A program made the translations under genes and the position numbers. Of a stretch of 64,000 bases of DNA, positions 26,899 through 40,000 are shown in pieces. Each line of letters starts with the position of its first letter. Positions within the stretch are counted from its first letter, which is position 1. The notes under the pieces are model-generated. The model worked only from the letters and a program-made list of their open reading frames with translations. It searched no databases and was not told the DNA's origin. The stretch lies in the NCBI GenBank assembly GCA_964276515.1, contig OZ193909.1, forward strand, positions 20,274,001 through 20,338,000, given 5' to 3'. The DNA is from Gordius albopunctatus. Taxonomy: Eukaryota.

Positions 26899-28709
26899 TA
26901 GGGGAGACCGGCGCTAAATAAATATAAAAAACTAAATTGCGTTTTAATAAAACAAAAAAAAATTAATTTATTCTTGAAATATATTTTGACTATAGGAGAA
27001 AAGTTTGAGAATTTTTTTTTGCAATATTTCAAGAAATTGTGTTTGAAAAACAAAAAATTCTAAAAAATTAAAAGTGCCGGGGGCAAGTCATAGCCTTGTT
27101 CAAGGGATAGGATCGCCTCATGGATTTCATTATTTTTTTAGTGTATGCCAACTCACATTAATAAAACTATTATTTTATTATAAATCACATAGAAATACAA
27201 AATGTATATGGTGATATTTTACCCAAAGACAAAATGGATCATAATGACAACCTGACTTATAAAGACGGACTCTACAATGAAAAAAACTTTTAATAGCATA
27301 TTAACGTGCAATCATAGATTATTTATTTATCCTCTAAATTAATATAAGTTTACATACTATAAGAAATTTGAGTTTAAAAAACATGGTATTTGTCTATATG
27401 ACGTATGATATAATCATGAATGGCAATACTAATTTTAGTTATTAGACGGTTTTTATAGAAATAAACATTTTTTCATAAGACAAGACTTAAATTAGTTTAA
27501 AATATACAACTCAAAAAATGTCATGTTCAAAAAACAAAATTTTGTCAAAGCTACTACCCACCCTAAAATACGTTTTTGCTCTATAAATTTTTTAAACAAA
27601 ATTTATTTCTACTTTATGAAAAATACTAGTGCTGTAAACATTTGTAAAATAATCGAACGCGTTCACGTTCGTTGAAAATTTTATGATAATTTTTTTTAAT
27701 TTAATATAAATAAATGTCTTATATTTTTTAATACAATAAATAGCCATGATAAAACTATGTTTTATTTCGACAATATAATCATAAATCAATATAATCTATT
27801 TTCTTATTGCTTTTTAATAATAATTGTTTTTCAAAATTGTCGTCTGATAAGCAGGAACGCTTGGCAGTTAATACAGCATTAGCAATACTAAAAACCCGGT
27901 TTGGAGTATTATACTTAATAAAAAAAAATTTTTAAAAGAGGAAATTTATTAAAAACATTCAATGTTTTGTCCCTCGCTTCAAAAAATTGCGACAAGATAT
28001 CATCCTCCAATCCGCCCTCTACTTCCTCGTCAAAAATGATATCTCGGAATTGACAGCTCTTTCATTATAAATTCTATGAGTTTCAACCCCTTTTTTCAAT
28101 AAAACTAAAAGTTTATTCTTTAAAGGTTCATTTTCTCGAAGTTTAATCCAAGGCCACCTTGATACAGAGATAATACTTTTTGGACAGATTTTACATTTGG
28201 TAATTATTGAATTCGATCCTTTATATGAAACGAGTGAAAAATATTTTTCATATTTTGGCCATGGCAATTTCAATTCATCTGCTGATTTTGAATATTCAGA
28301 ATGTGAAGATGACGACGATATAATATTAGTCCATATTAACCTATAAATTAAACTATAATTAATAATATCAAACTAATTAACTTTAATCTTATCTTCTTTT
28401 GCACGTTATAGTATGTTAAAAGTATTTCGGAACTGGTAAGAGGAAACAGGAGAAACAGCTGATTAAAAAATATAAGATTTTTTTGTTAAAAATTCGGATT
28501 AACATTAATTTTCAAATAAAAAGTGTTTTTAAAATTGAACGAACGTTAAATTCGAACGCGTTCATAAAAAAAAGGAACGCGTTCACGTTCAAAGTTCACC
28601 CAAAAATAAAAGAACGCCGTTCATTTACAGCACTACAAAATACACACATAATTTGAAATTTATCTTTAAAAAGTGAATACAAAGATTCAACTAGCCTCGG
28701 TCTCCCCTA
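26899..28709. mobile_element. pogo/Tc1-mariner-like MITE hosting a nested hAT element
   Basis: Terminal inverted repeat TAGGGGAGACCG...CGGTCTCCCCTA. Confidence 0.65.
27627..28635 (-). mobile_element. Non-autonomous hAT element with BED-finger remnant
   Basis: TIR TAGTGCTGTAAA/TTTACAGCACTA and 8-bp TSD AAAAATAC/CAAAATAC. GAACGCGTTCACGTTC subterminal repeats. ORF 28019-28273 reads PWPKYEKYF...KCKICP. Confidence 0.85.
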
Positions 28710-29218
28710 ATCTTCTCAAAGGCTTTTGACATGAATTTTATATTCTTATATAAGAGAATCCAAAAAAATGCCTTACTAATTAATGATGATTAACACCTTC
28801 TGTAAAAAAAAGACATGTTTATCTTAAAAAAATAACAAATTACTCCAATACCTTTGAGACTATTTGATGAGAAGTATGTATGTTTTTGAGGAACAGATAT
28901 ATTTAAAAATAATTATGAAATTATTTTTAATTAGTAAAATATTGTTGTATTACAAAATAATTACATATCTAAATCCTATCACAAGGTAAGTAAATGTTAT
29001 TGGAGCAATAAACAATATGATAATTTATGCAAGAGTGATGCTAAACTTATGTCTACAAATAATAGTTATACAAAAATAAGTCTATACTTAAGATGCACAA
29101 TGTACAAAATATTATTTGACAATTTTTAAAGATGTAAATAAGCAACATGTCAATTTATAGTCTTTATTCATACAGGTCAAGTAAATCATAGATTATAACA
29201 CAAATAAGGATATAATAA

Positions 29219-29846
29219 TTACATATCTACACTAATTTTATAATCAAGTTTTGGTAAAATTATGGCTAGAAAACCTTCAGATTGAGTCTAAATTAGCAAT
29301 ATATATAACAAAATTTACATATATACTTTTTCAATTAAGATGTTTGGATTATCAGTTAATTTTTCATTGATCTCAATCAATTTTCCTTCACAAGCAGGAT
29401 ATAATTCATATTTTTTTCCAGTCTCAGAAAACACTGTACAAAGCAAAGAATTGTTCTTTAAATATTGTGCACCCTATAAAAAATTAATATTAGTAAATTT
29501 TAACAGGTGGAAAGTAAAATAATTTTTTTTACTTTCTTTCCTTTGCCAGAAACATTGTTTACAAGTCTGTTGACATTTTTCGAAGTTTGAAAATCTATTT
29601 TAGTTATATTTTCCTTTGATACTAAGAGAGGATGTGATAATGACAAGGTCACAACAATAATACTATCATGGTTTAAAAACAAATTTTACAAAATTACTTA
29701 TTAGTGAATTGTAATAGGCACATATCATGATTATTAATATCTTAAAAGATGAATATTTAGTTGCAATATAAATTCTTACCTCTTTTTATTATTTTTTTAT
29801 AGTATTGGTTTACAACATTCTGAGAAACTTCATCAATTTCATTCAT
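29219..29846 (-). CDS. ABITRAM: Protein Abitram/Simiate (FAM206A), 5 exons
   Basis: Spliced translation: MNEIDEVSQNVVNQYYKKIIKR|DINNHDMCLLQFTN|IIVVTLSLSHPLL...VNRLVNNVSGKGKK|GAQYLKNNSLLC...EGKLIEINEKLTDNPNILIEK|TQSEGFLAIILPK. It carries the hallmark NRL.N.VSGK.K.GAQ and G.L.E.N..L..NP motifs, with GT-AG introns in phase. Confidence 0.88.
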
Positions 29847-29924
29847 ATAAGCAGGTAAGTATGTATGTATGTTCCTTATGATCTTAAGTGCTTATAGTTC
29901 AACTCATCAGATCATAATTTCTGC

Positions 29925-32900
29925 CCCTACCGCGTCCTCACCAACTTAACAGCTAATGAAGATCAAAATAGCTTCTATAAATATCAATTCCCTTATGATC
30001 CAAGGCAAACAACAGATGATGCTAACATATGCAAGAAAGCATAAACTCGACATCCTTTGTCTACAGCAGACGCGGATTCCTCATTCTAGGATCGACAGCA
30101 GCTCAGAGTACACCCTTTACCACGTGGGTTTTACAGATAATCCAGCAACAGGGGTTTTGACTTTCATAAATAAACGTCTTCCCGTTCTGAGTATCGACTG
30201 GGTAAATGAAAGGATTCTTATAATCAATCTAACAATAGGGGTACGTGTGTTGTCGGTGATAAATGTTTATGCCCCTACATCCTCCTACAAAACTAAGGTT
30301 ATTAACGAATTTTTCAGTCTTCTCTTTGACAAAATCAAAGAATTAAGCCGCGTGCCAATTATAATTGGCGACTTGAATTCATCCGTCGGGCGCAATGACC
30401 GTGACAACCATAATTTAATAGGCCCTAACACCCTAGGCTCCAACAACAAAAACGGTATTATTCTAAAAAATGGTGCAATATGGGAAATTGGCGAATTACT
30501 TCAACTTTCTCAGATCTTCCCTATAATCGGCTGGCCACCTTCCGGAAAAAAAACAACTTGCAATCAAGCCAAATAGACCATCTGATCTGTAGGGCAAGAC
30601 ATCTAAAAATAGTCAAAATCTTTCATGTAATCGTGGACCCCCTCACCGATGACGACGATCATTGTGCAATAGCGGCTGAACTATTGCTGAAAGCAGCCAC
30701 CCTACGTGTTCCTTCGACACGCAAACCCCCAAAAATAAGGCCCCATGGTCTGTCCCAAACCACTGAATTTAGGGACCACCTTAACCTAAAAATCCAAAAT
30801 AGCAATCTCTCCGACCTGTCGATAAACGACCACAGCATAAAAATATCTGAAATATTTACAATTCCCTTGAAGGACCAGTGTCGAATTAGAACAAAGACAT
30901 GGTTTTCAGAAAAAACAATTGGGCTCCTCAAGACAAAATCTAACATCTACTGTGATAGAAATGAGTTTCCTTTCAAAAACGCATGCTTATCCGCTCTCAG
31001 CAAGCGGATTAAATCCAGCATCAGACAAGATAAAATTGCGTTTATTAACGCAAAAACCACAGAGGCCGAAGCGGCAACACGTTCCAATAACAATCACCAG
31101 CTATTTACCATTCTAGATAGCCTTAACTATAACACATTCTCCAAACGAGCCTACAATAGCATAAGCACAGTTGGCGGCTCAAACGACTCCTTGGCCCAAA
31201 CCAAAGCTTGGGAAGACCATTTTCGTTCAATTTTATCGGCCCAGCCCTTATTCCCTGTAGTGGATATATACAGAGGATTTATCGTTAACTTCAAAGGCCC
31301 ACCACCCCTCCACATTGATACGGACCCACCCTATTTATCTGAAATTGACAGAGCTATCAAGTCACTCAAATTCCACAAAGCGGCCGACCCGTCAGGCCTA
31401 ACCTCGGAAGCACTCAAAGCCGACCCCCTTATCTCTAGCTCTCTTTTGCACCACTTGTTTCGGAAATTTTGGACGAAAGAGGTAATACCGGACTCCTGGA
31501 CAATAGGTCACTTGATCAAACTTTTCAAAAAAGGTGATCCATCCAATCCCAACAACTACCGGGGCGTGACTATCATTAACCTTGAATCAAAAATATTCAT
31601 CAAGGTTATTAACAATCGAATTTACAGCGAGGTGGATGAAATAATTAAAAACAATCAAACTGGTTTTAGGAAGTGCCGTACGACGACAGAGCACATAATA
31701 ACTTTAAGGAACATAATGGATATTTCACGGACAAGCGGTTCCCCCTTGGTTCTTGTATTTTTGGACATCGCTAAAGCTTTTGATTCGCTGTGCCATCTAT
31801 ACATTTGGGAAGCACTATGCCTCTTAGGCTTGCCTAAGAAAATAATTCTCATGATCTTTCTACTCTACGAAAACATGAAACTAGTTATCTCCCACCTCCA
31901 CCACAAATCGTAACCCTTACCAGTAACATCTGGTGTCAGGCAAGGCTGTCCGCTCTCCCCTCTCCTCTTTATAATTGCGATGGATCTAATAATGAAGAGA
32001 TCCACACTTCCGACAGATGGTATCAAACTAAACGGCACTACTCTATCATCCCTGTTGTTCGCAGACGACATTTGTCTAGTGGCCCCTTCTATCTCCAAAG
32101 CACAACTAATGTTAGACAGGTTCAGCATCCAAGCCAAGCAAGCAGGACTGCTTATAAACCCCGACAAATGCTCTATGATATGCATAAACGATCCCTCGAA
32201 CTCTACTCTGGTAATCAACAACATCGTAATAAATGCATCTCAAAAAGTCCGATATTTGGGAGTGGAGCTTACTCCAGAGCGGATGCCGAATCGAAGCTTT
32301 GCCTGACCATGGTCAAATTCTACTCTTGCTCGGTGATATGGCGCTCACGTCAACTGACGCTCCAGACGCGTTTGAGGATTTTCAAAGTCACGTTCCTACC
32401 AATCCTCCTATACGGTTGCGAATCTTGGTCGCTGAAGGCTCCTAGCTTAAAGAAACTGCAAGTCAGTCTTAATAAAATGCTACGCATCGTTTGCCGGATC
32501 CAACGAGGATCTATGGGTGCGTTGCAAAATCGCTCCAATTAAAAATATTCTACTCGCGAGAAAATGGGGTTTTTTGGCTCATCAAGTGCGGAGGAAGGGA
32601 ACCAACTACTGTCTATCTTCCCTGTTCTGGTGTCCACCTCAGCTAAAAGGTCGCAAATGCAATGGCAGCTGGCTTTACAAGGTGTTCCGCGATGTCCAAA
32701 CAATGGGTCATGATTGGAATTCATTGCTGCCCATCATGCAAGACAGGAAACGTTGGAAAGACTTCTCAAAGAACAAATTATTGCGGCTCCCCCAGTAAGG
32801 ATCTTCTCACGCACTATTCATTTACGACCTTACATTAAAGGCTTTACATTACTTTCAAGTCAACAGGTATTACATATTTACATGTCATAATTACACTGCA

Positions 32901-33048
32901 TGTTAATCATTTTTTTACAGCCTACTTACACACGTTATCACTAACGTGGCCTGATGCGCCATTTGGCGTTAGAAGGGGCTCAACCTTAGATTGCACTAAC
33001 TAAGCTCTTGGGCGTCTTCGCGGCAAACTTACTTACTTAATTACTTAG
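29925..33048 (+). mobile_element. Near full-length RTE-like LINE (APE endonuclease + RT), disrupted
   Basis: APE: SININSL, DILCLQQTR, NVYAPT, IIGDLNS, IDHL, DH. RT: NYRGVTI, QTGFRK, DIAKAFDS, GVRQGCPLSP, FADD, ILLYGCESW. The 3' tail is (CTTA)n. Several frameshifts and stops. Confidence 0.92.
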
Positions 33049-34088
33049 AGAGTTAGTAGGCTTATTGTAGCATGCGGATAAGTGATCCTAAGCATCTGAT
33101 TTTATATTTGACTTAAAGAACGAATTTTTGTTAAATTACTCGAAAGTAGTGACGTTTACAAAAATACATACATTCTGGAGGGTAAATAGCTAATAACTTT
33201 TTTTACTTAACCAGGAATACAAATCGGCTTTGCAAACTAGGGGGTTTTTTATAAAATTAATTTCACTTAACTTAATCTATTGCGCCTGACCCTAGATTTT
33301 TTAAATGTATGTATTGTTTATTTCAGTGTAAGAACGTTATAAAAAACCAAGTGTTAAAATTAGAAAAATTATAAGAGCGGGAATAAAAGACCAAATAAAT
33401 TTCTCATATTTTAATATATTTTTGTTACAGAAAATCAAAGGTCAATATTTCTTATCATAAAGGACAAGCAAACATTCTAAGCATTTAAATAGCTTTATCT
33501 GCACTTTATGTGGACTCTTTAGAAACTAAGTTCCTTCGACAAATTAAAAGGAGTATGAAGGATTCGAATTGGCAGGCTGGTGAAAGTTAGTTTGACTTCC
33601 AAGAAAATACCCCTATTCCAAATTTTGTGTCATCATCGGGGCATAATTTATTGTGCATTTAATGTTTTAAATGAAACATTATGATATTCATTTTATGAAT
33701 ATCTTAAGGTAAAGTCTGTTATACCGATTTTAAATAAATATTTAATAATCAAATTAATTACAATTTTACTAATTATGCAAATCATAATCTTAAAAAACAA
33801 TAACTAAAACAATATTCTTAGTTAATTTATTCATAAATTATTTGATTTAAAGGCAGAGCCAGAGATAAATTTGAGTCACAAAGTTAAAATAATTCAATTA
33901 ATAAAAAACTTGTTTAAGTAAGAAATTTAATAACAATCAACCCCCCCCCCAATCCAGCTATCATTCCTGCTTCAATAAGATCCATAAATTTTATTATAAT
34001 GTATAATTAAGAAGTGTTATAATAACGCACAACGGCAATAATAAATATTTAAACAACAACGAAAAACGGATCTGCATTTTTTGGATGT

Positions 34089-37000
34089 TCAAAAGCGATT
34101 TCTACACAGTGGACAGGTGGTATTATGACTTGTGCTAAACCATTTGTACTAAAACACATAAAAAATATAAATATAAATACATACAAGAAACATGAAAAGT
34201 AAAAAGAACTTAAAAATCTGTTTAGTCTTATAAATAATATAAAGTACCGAAAAAAAGCTTAAAAAATTTAAGACATATAGCTCTAAAAGCTTAACAAGTC
34301 TGTAAAAATAAAAACTTTTAAGACATCTAGTCCAGAGGCGTCTTCTAAATCCAAAATTATCAATTAAGTATTCCTTAACTTGTTTCGGCTATAAGTTCGA
34401 AACTTCTTTCAAATAATTTAACAAAAAGTATTGTTTAGAAAAAACATGTATATTACCAAACAGGTTGAATGGTATTTATTTTTGCATTGCGAGCAAGTGT
34501 TTTTGGTTAAAGAGTAATCCTTAGGGTCGATGATTGAAAAGCAAATCATGCAAGAAGCTGCTCCATCTAGGTATCTATCTACGTTCCTTTTCCAAAGCTT
34601 TATGCCATCCAATAAAGTTCCGTCCTTTATAAACACAGAATTTTATCCTTTAATAACAAATTCCTAACTTTTAAAGTATTTAAAGCTATATTTAGGTCTG
34701 TTTTTCTTGGTCGCAAAAAGGGATCCATAGTTTTAGGGTCAAACTTTTGGTCTGCTTATGTTTAGACGACACTAATGAATACACTTTAACCAATTTCTAA
34801 GGTAAAAGTTATTGTCACAGTAATTATACCCGATATACTATGAGGGCATTGAGTTGCAATAACCAAGTTCTCCATTGGGTTTGACTCACACCCGACTTTT
34901 TGGTACATTTAATGGCGCAGGGGCTGATGGGATAGTCGGAGGGTAGCTTAATTTCGATCTCTATGCAAAAGTCTTCGGCCGTGTAACGCGCGGTTATTTC
35001 ACCCACTTTACGTTTGACCTATGGTTTCGTTTCAAAAATGTATACATATATACTTCCACCACTATCGTATACAAATGATGTGATGTTACGATTTGAACAA
35101 ATGACCTTTCAACTAAGGTGAACAGCTGATTTTTGCGTAAAATTTATTGAGACACTCGGTTTTCCAAAATTTGTGCGAATGCGCGATGATAAAAGGCAAA
35201 AGTTATGAAAGAAGGATTAAATAGAACGTTAAATGATTCGTATTGTAAAAACGGCTGGTTTTAGTCGACTAAACATAACCAGACCATAGGTTTTTTGGTC
35301 TATTTTTCTTAGTCGCAGAAACAGACAAACTAACATAAATTGGTAAGTTCAACATTTACGCACTCAACAAAATGAGAATGGGGTTCAGTTCGTTAATATA
35401 TTATGTCACACTCAATAATCCCCTTGGTCAACAAATAATTGACTTATAAAATCGATCGGTAAAATGTTTGCAGATTCTGCCACAGTTTTTCGATATTTTT
35501 GTGCGTCAACGGCGATTTTAGCGCCTCCTAAAGGTAAATATACCTCCATTACACATGTTCCCGTAGATCTATTTTACATTAGGCAAAAAATCAGCGTGGA
35601 AATTGTAAAATCCAATATAATTTAAATCCATGGCTCTATGCCAACTCATTCATCTAATATATTTTAGCATCTATCCAACACAATCATTTTGAAACAAACC
35701 TCTATCAGTGTTGAACAAAAATAAAATCCCTTTCAATTTTACCAAATTTGATTAGAAAACAAAAGGGTCAAAATTTTTTTGTTATACTAGCATAAATATT
35801 TTTGAGTTGTATAAAAAATTAATTTAGCCCCATTCTGAGTGCCCTAGCCGATTTTATATGTTCTAGCTTAGTTGCTTTATGAACAATACATAATGTATTC
35901 CCTACTAATAAATAATTTTTAAGCAACGTCGACTTTTTGTTACAAGTGCGGGCCGGATGCGGGGATATTTTTGGGGTTTATAGGCAGGCTGTCCAGGCCT
36001 TACCATAAAATTTCGTTCCAAGCAGGTCACTATTCCTAGTTAAGGGAATATATAGCGATCTTAAGTCTTAGGCAATTTGTCAAAATTAATTTTTTATATA
36101 AATCAAAAATTAATAATGCTATAAAATTTTTGCAATGGATTCCTTTCCCCTTTATGTATAAATCAAATTAAGTAAACCCAAATTTTATCGGTTGATTTAC
36201 AAGTTTATGGCGTTCGAAAAATGCCAAATCGCCGTTTTCGCAACTTTGAAAGAAAATAATTCAAAAACTTGACGTATACGAGGAAAAAATTAAAAATATA
36301 TTCGCGTTCACCGAGAAAAACTATTGCAAAATCTGCAAACAATTTGCCGGTTAATTGTTCTTGTTGAACCGTGTCATCAGCTCGTCATTCGCCCGCCAGT
36401 CCAGGTGTATTAAAAGGATGATAAATATAATTTTTAAAAGTTACCTTGACTTCGAATTCGTTCGACTTGGGGTTGGAGGCGTTAGGTCTATGTCCCGCAA
36501 TGTCTCCTTTAGTGGCGCCCTCCATCTCGAAATGCGCCTGTATAGCGCGGAACTCTTGGTCTACGATGGCTTGACAAATGGCATACTTGGTGCAAAACAC
36601 ATCCTTCAGCCATTTGACTTGAGCTTTGCTCCCGTTCAAAATCCACAGGCGCCTCGCTTTAGTCGGACATTCTCGGAGGATTAAATAAGCTAAAATCAAC
36701 TGCAAGTGCTCGGCCCGATGCTTCAATTTATGGCCTTGGAAAATTTTGAAAGCTCCAAAATTGCTTAGAGGATCGCACCCCGCTATAGAGTTAGGTTCGT
36801 CTTGGTTAACCTTAAAGATAAAAATCGCCGAATAACATATAAATGACCAAAAACAGCGACGATCAAAGAAGACGACTCTTAATCAAGCATTCCTAAAGTC
36901 TTAGTTAATCTTATCAATATTAAAAAGTGGCCAATATTCACCAGTCTTCAGTTACGCATGACCACATCGATCATTAACAATATTTAAAATCAGTTTCAGT

Positions 37001-40000
37001 ACTTATTTAACTAAAAAGATTTGACACTCCGACTGATTGGGTTTATCAATATCTTGGTAACTTTCAAAATCATAAAAACTCTCCGTAGCTATAACTCCTT
37101 AAAACCTTCACACTCAAATCGATATCAAACGTCACTATATAAATTGATTTGAAAAGGTCATATAAATGTTTCAATTTTTTCAAAGCCCTGTTAAAAACCT
37201 TAGTAGGGTGGTGGTCTTCCCTCTTGGCGTAAATCCTTTGGCAGTACTCCAAACCCACTTCGTTCCACCAGGTCTTCAATGCTATTTCGCAACTTTTGAG
37301 CTCATCCTCATCCCCTGAGTTGAGGAGAGTTTGAGTGGCGAGCAATTGATTCAACAACACCTCGCAAATAGCGTCCATCAGCGTGGTGTCATCCGTTTCA
37401 CCGGAAAATTCGGGAGGTGATTGTAGTTGACGAGAGGGAGGCGCGTGTAAGGATGTTTGAAAAACTTCCATTTTCAACAACGAATCCAAAACGGCCGCGC
37501 TTTCAATCGTCAAGATGGATTTATAACAAAATTCCTCCAGCATGGCCGCCCCTGTTAGATAGGAAAATGTAATTTTATCGAAACGAAATAATCAAATAAT
37601 TTTTTGATGAAATGTCAACATGGAAAATGTGTGAACTGGTTATACTATGGCCGACGTGGAGGGGGTCATCTTCATCAGATTGAAAGGTTAGTAACTTCAA
37701 AACGATGTCCCTAGTTGCGTCTATAATGTAATTAACCGCACCTAAACGCGATAGAGCGTTATAGTAAATATCGAATAAATAATTCATATTCAAGCAAATA
37801 TCCGGTTAATTTTGGCTTATGGAAATAAAAAAGTGTAAAGGATATATTTTAGTGTTGTAAAAACGGCTGGGGGGTTCTGTTTGGTCGAACTTAGGTTTTA
37901 ATAAATATAGTGACGCTTATCCCATCTCGTGGTACGCAAACTGAAAAGCCAAATTACCTCAACACCCATGAAAAATTATAAAAATTTATAGGGATTAGGC
38001 AAAAAGATATTAAAAATTTAATAAGTTTCACACTTTTTTAGGTATGTGTACACATTTATTTTAAATCTTCGATATTTTGTACCCGTTTCAGAAGCCAGCT
38101 GGTCAGGTATCTTAATGCCTTCGGAGTCATTTGCAGGAGATACTACGGTGGTTTCCTTGTAAAGCGAATAAGTCAATTCTTTATCATACACCTTGATGAG
38201 TCTTTAAAATATATATTAATATACGCTTTTCAAATAAGTGTTACAATATACAAGATTTTTGTAAGAGTCTAGCGAAACTATTAATTATACAAAGTGTGCC
38301 TTTTTAACAATAGTCAGGAATATTTAATTTCATTATTCAAAAAATGATTCCCCTAGCTAACCACTGTTATAGACCCTACATACATCTTGTGAGAAAACTT
38401 AATTTTGCATAAAACTTCAAGCCACATCATCAGAGCTGAAAAATAAGTGAAGAGAGCGAAAAAAATAGATATTTGGAAATAAACCTCTATTAGTGTTAAA
38501 AAATTGGTATTGATTATTGTATTTGGCTCATTGGTTTTATACAGTTGGCGTTTCTAAAATTATTTGACCCTCTAGTATTTAAGATCCCACCCAGGTGGAG
38601 AAAAGTCCGACCGAGCAGATCTAATGATTCGGGAATCACCCGGCATATACTTAGGCGAGTCGGGGCGATCAAATTAGTTTCGGTAGAAAAATGTAAGCAA
38701 ATCTACCCTCTGACAATACCACGGGCGTACAGCATGAAAATTGGAAGGGGGCAATAGTGATTTAGGGAGGGGCAAACCGATCCTTTTTGAAATTTAACTA
38801 TAATTTTATGTAAAAAATACTACAATAGATGAACCCGGCAAACGTTGTTTTGCCATTTACCCGGGTGTATCAAATTATGTTGGAATTTTAGGGCATATAT
38901 GATGATAAAGCGGTTATCGAAGTAAAAATAAAGTTTGATAATTTTTAAACAAATAGTTAAAGAGGGTCCAAGGCCCACCCAAGAAAGAAAACCTGGCCCC
39001 ATGCCCCCCCCCCCCCCCCAAGGGAAAAATCTTTGGCCCCCTGGCCCTTCAAGCAATTTTATATATATATTTTTGTAATTAAGAAATAATATCATAATTA
39101 TTTGTTTCTGAATAAAACTTTTAATTCTGAACTTAATAATGTCCGAAGAACTGAGATATATCAACATTTATTGGCACTTTGTTAAAAGTATTTTCATTTT
39201 TATCCTTATTTAACGCGCAAAAATGATGAAATGAGATTTTTTAATTTATTTAGCCACGCAGGGGGCGGGGGACACGACCGTCCTATAATAATAATTGACG
39301 CGAAAAATAAGCAAAAAAATGACTTTGATTTAATGTTTCAAATTGTAAAAAGTTTCCATTTTCCGCGACACATGCTTACTGAATTTATCACTCAACCTAC
39401 ACGATAGATACGCAGTACGTCATGATGTTGCGTTTGATTGACGTTTTATTAAACGGCAAAACGTATAAAATGACTAACTCAAAAACTACTGGACCGATTT
39501 GGCTCAAACATATCTTAAAACATGCTCCGGAGTGTGGGGAATAAAGTGTGAAATTTTGAGCCAAATCGGTGCAGTACTTCTCCAAAATTTGTGGCGGCAT
39601 ACATACATACATACACACACACACACATAGTTTCATTTTTATATATAAGATTTTTATTTAGAGGGGGCTTCCGCCCCTCCCTGCCCCCCACCCCTTGGCT
39701 ACGCCCATGCTCAATACATATTGAAAATGAATTTGCTACAAACCTAGTCAATAGCAAGAAGGAGGTACTAGCCAAAGGTGTGTTAGCTCGGTCCAGGGCT
39801 CGTAATAACCGACTGACGGCTGATTTTAACGAATCTGCAATAGTGCGACATTCAACAGGTGTGCTCGATTCGACTCTTAGCACGATTCCTAGGGGAGTTA
39901 CGACACTGGCCGCGTTACAGAATGTCACGCTGAGCAGGGCTTCTAGGTATGGTACCTTCCCTTCTTCGTACCCTAACGCCAATGTACCTGCGAGCAAGGT

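Noticed and set aside
30659..32724. Antisense ORFs over the LINE, and similar shadow ORFs over LTN1 exons and CRE copies
   Set aside because: They are opposite-strand or alternate-frame by-products of real coding sequence with no independent motifs.
38545..38710. GC-rich open frame on the minus strand as an extra LTN1 cassette exon
   Set aside because: The splice sites are weak and the flanking exons already join in phase. It cannot be supported without RNA-seq.
38712..39745. Introner-like creation of an LTN1 intron by the MITE (a GT lies in the TSD)
   Set aside because: Using that GT gives a stop or the wrong phase. The donor at ACTAG|gtttgt (about 39743) joins in phase to the exon near 38200, so the MITE is simply intronic.
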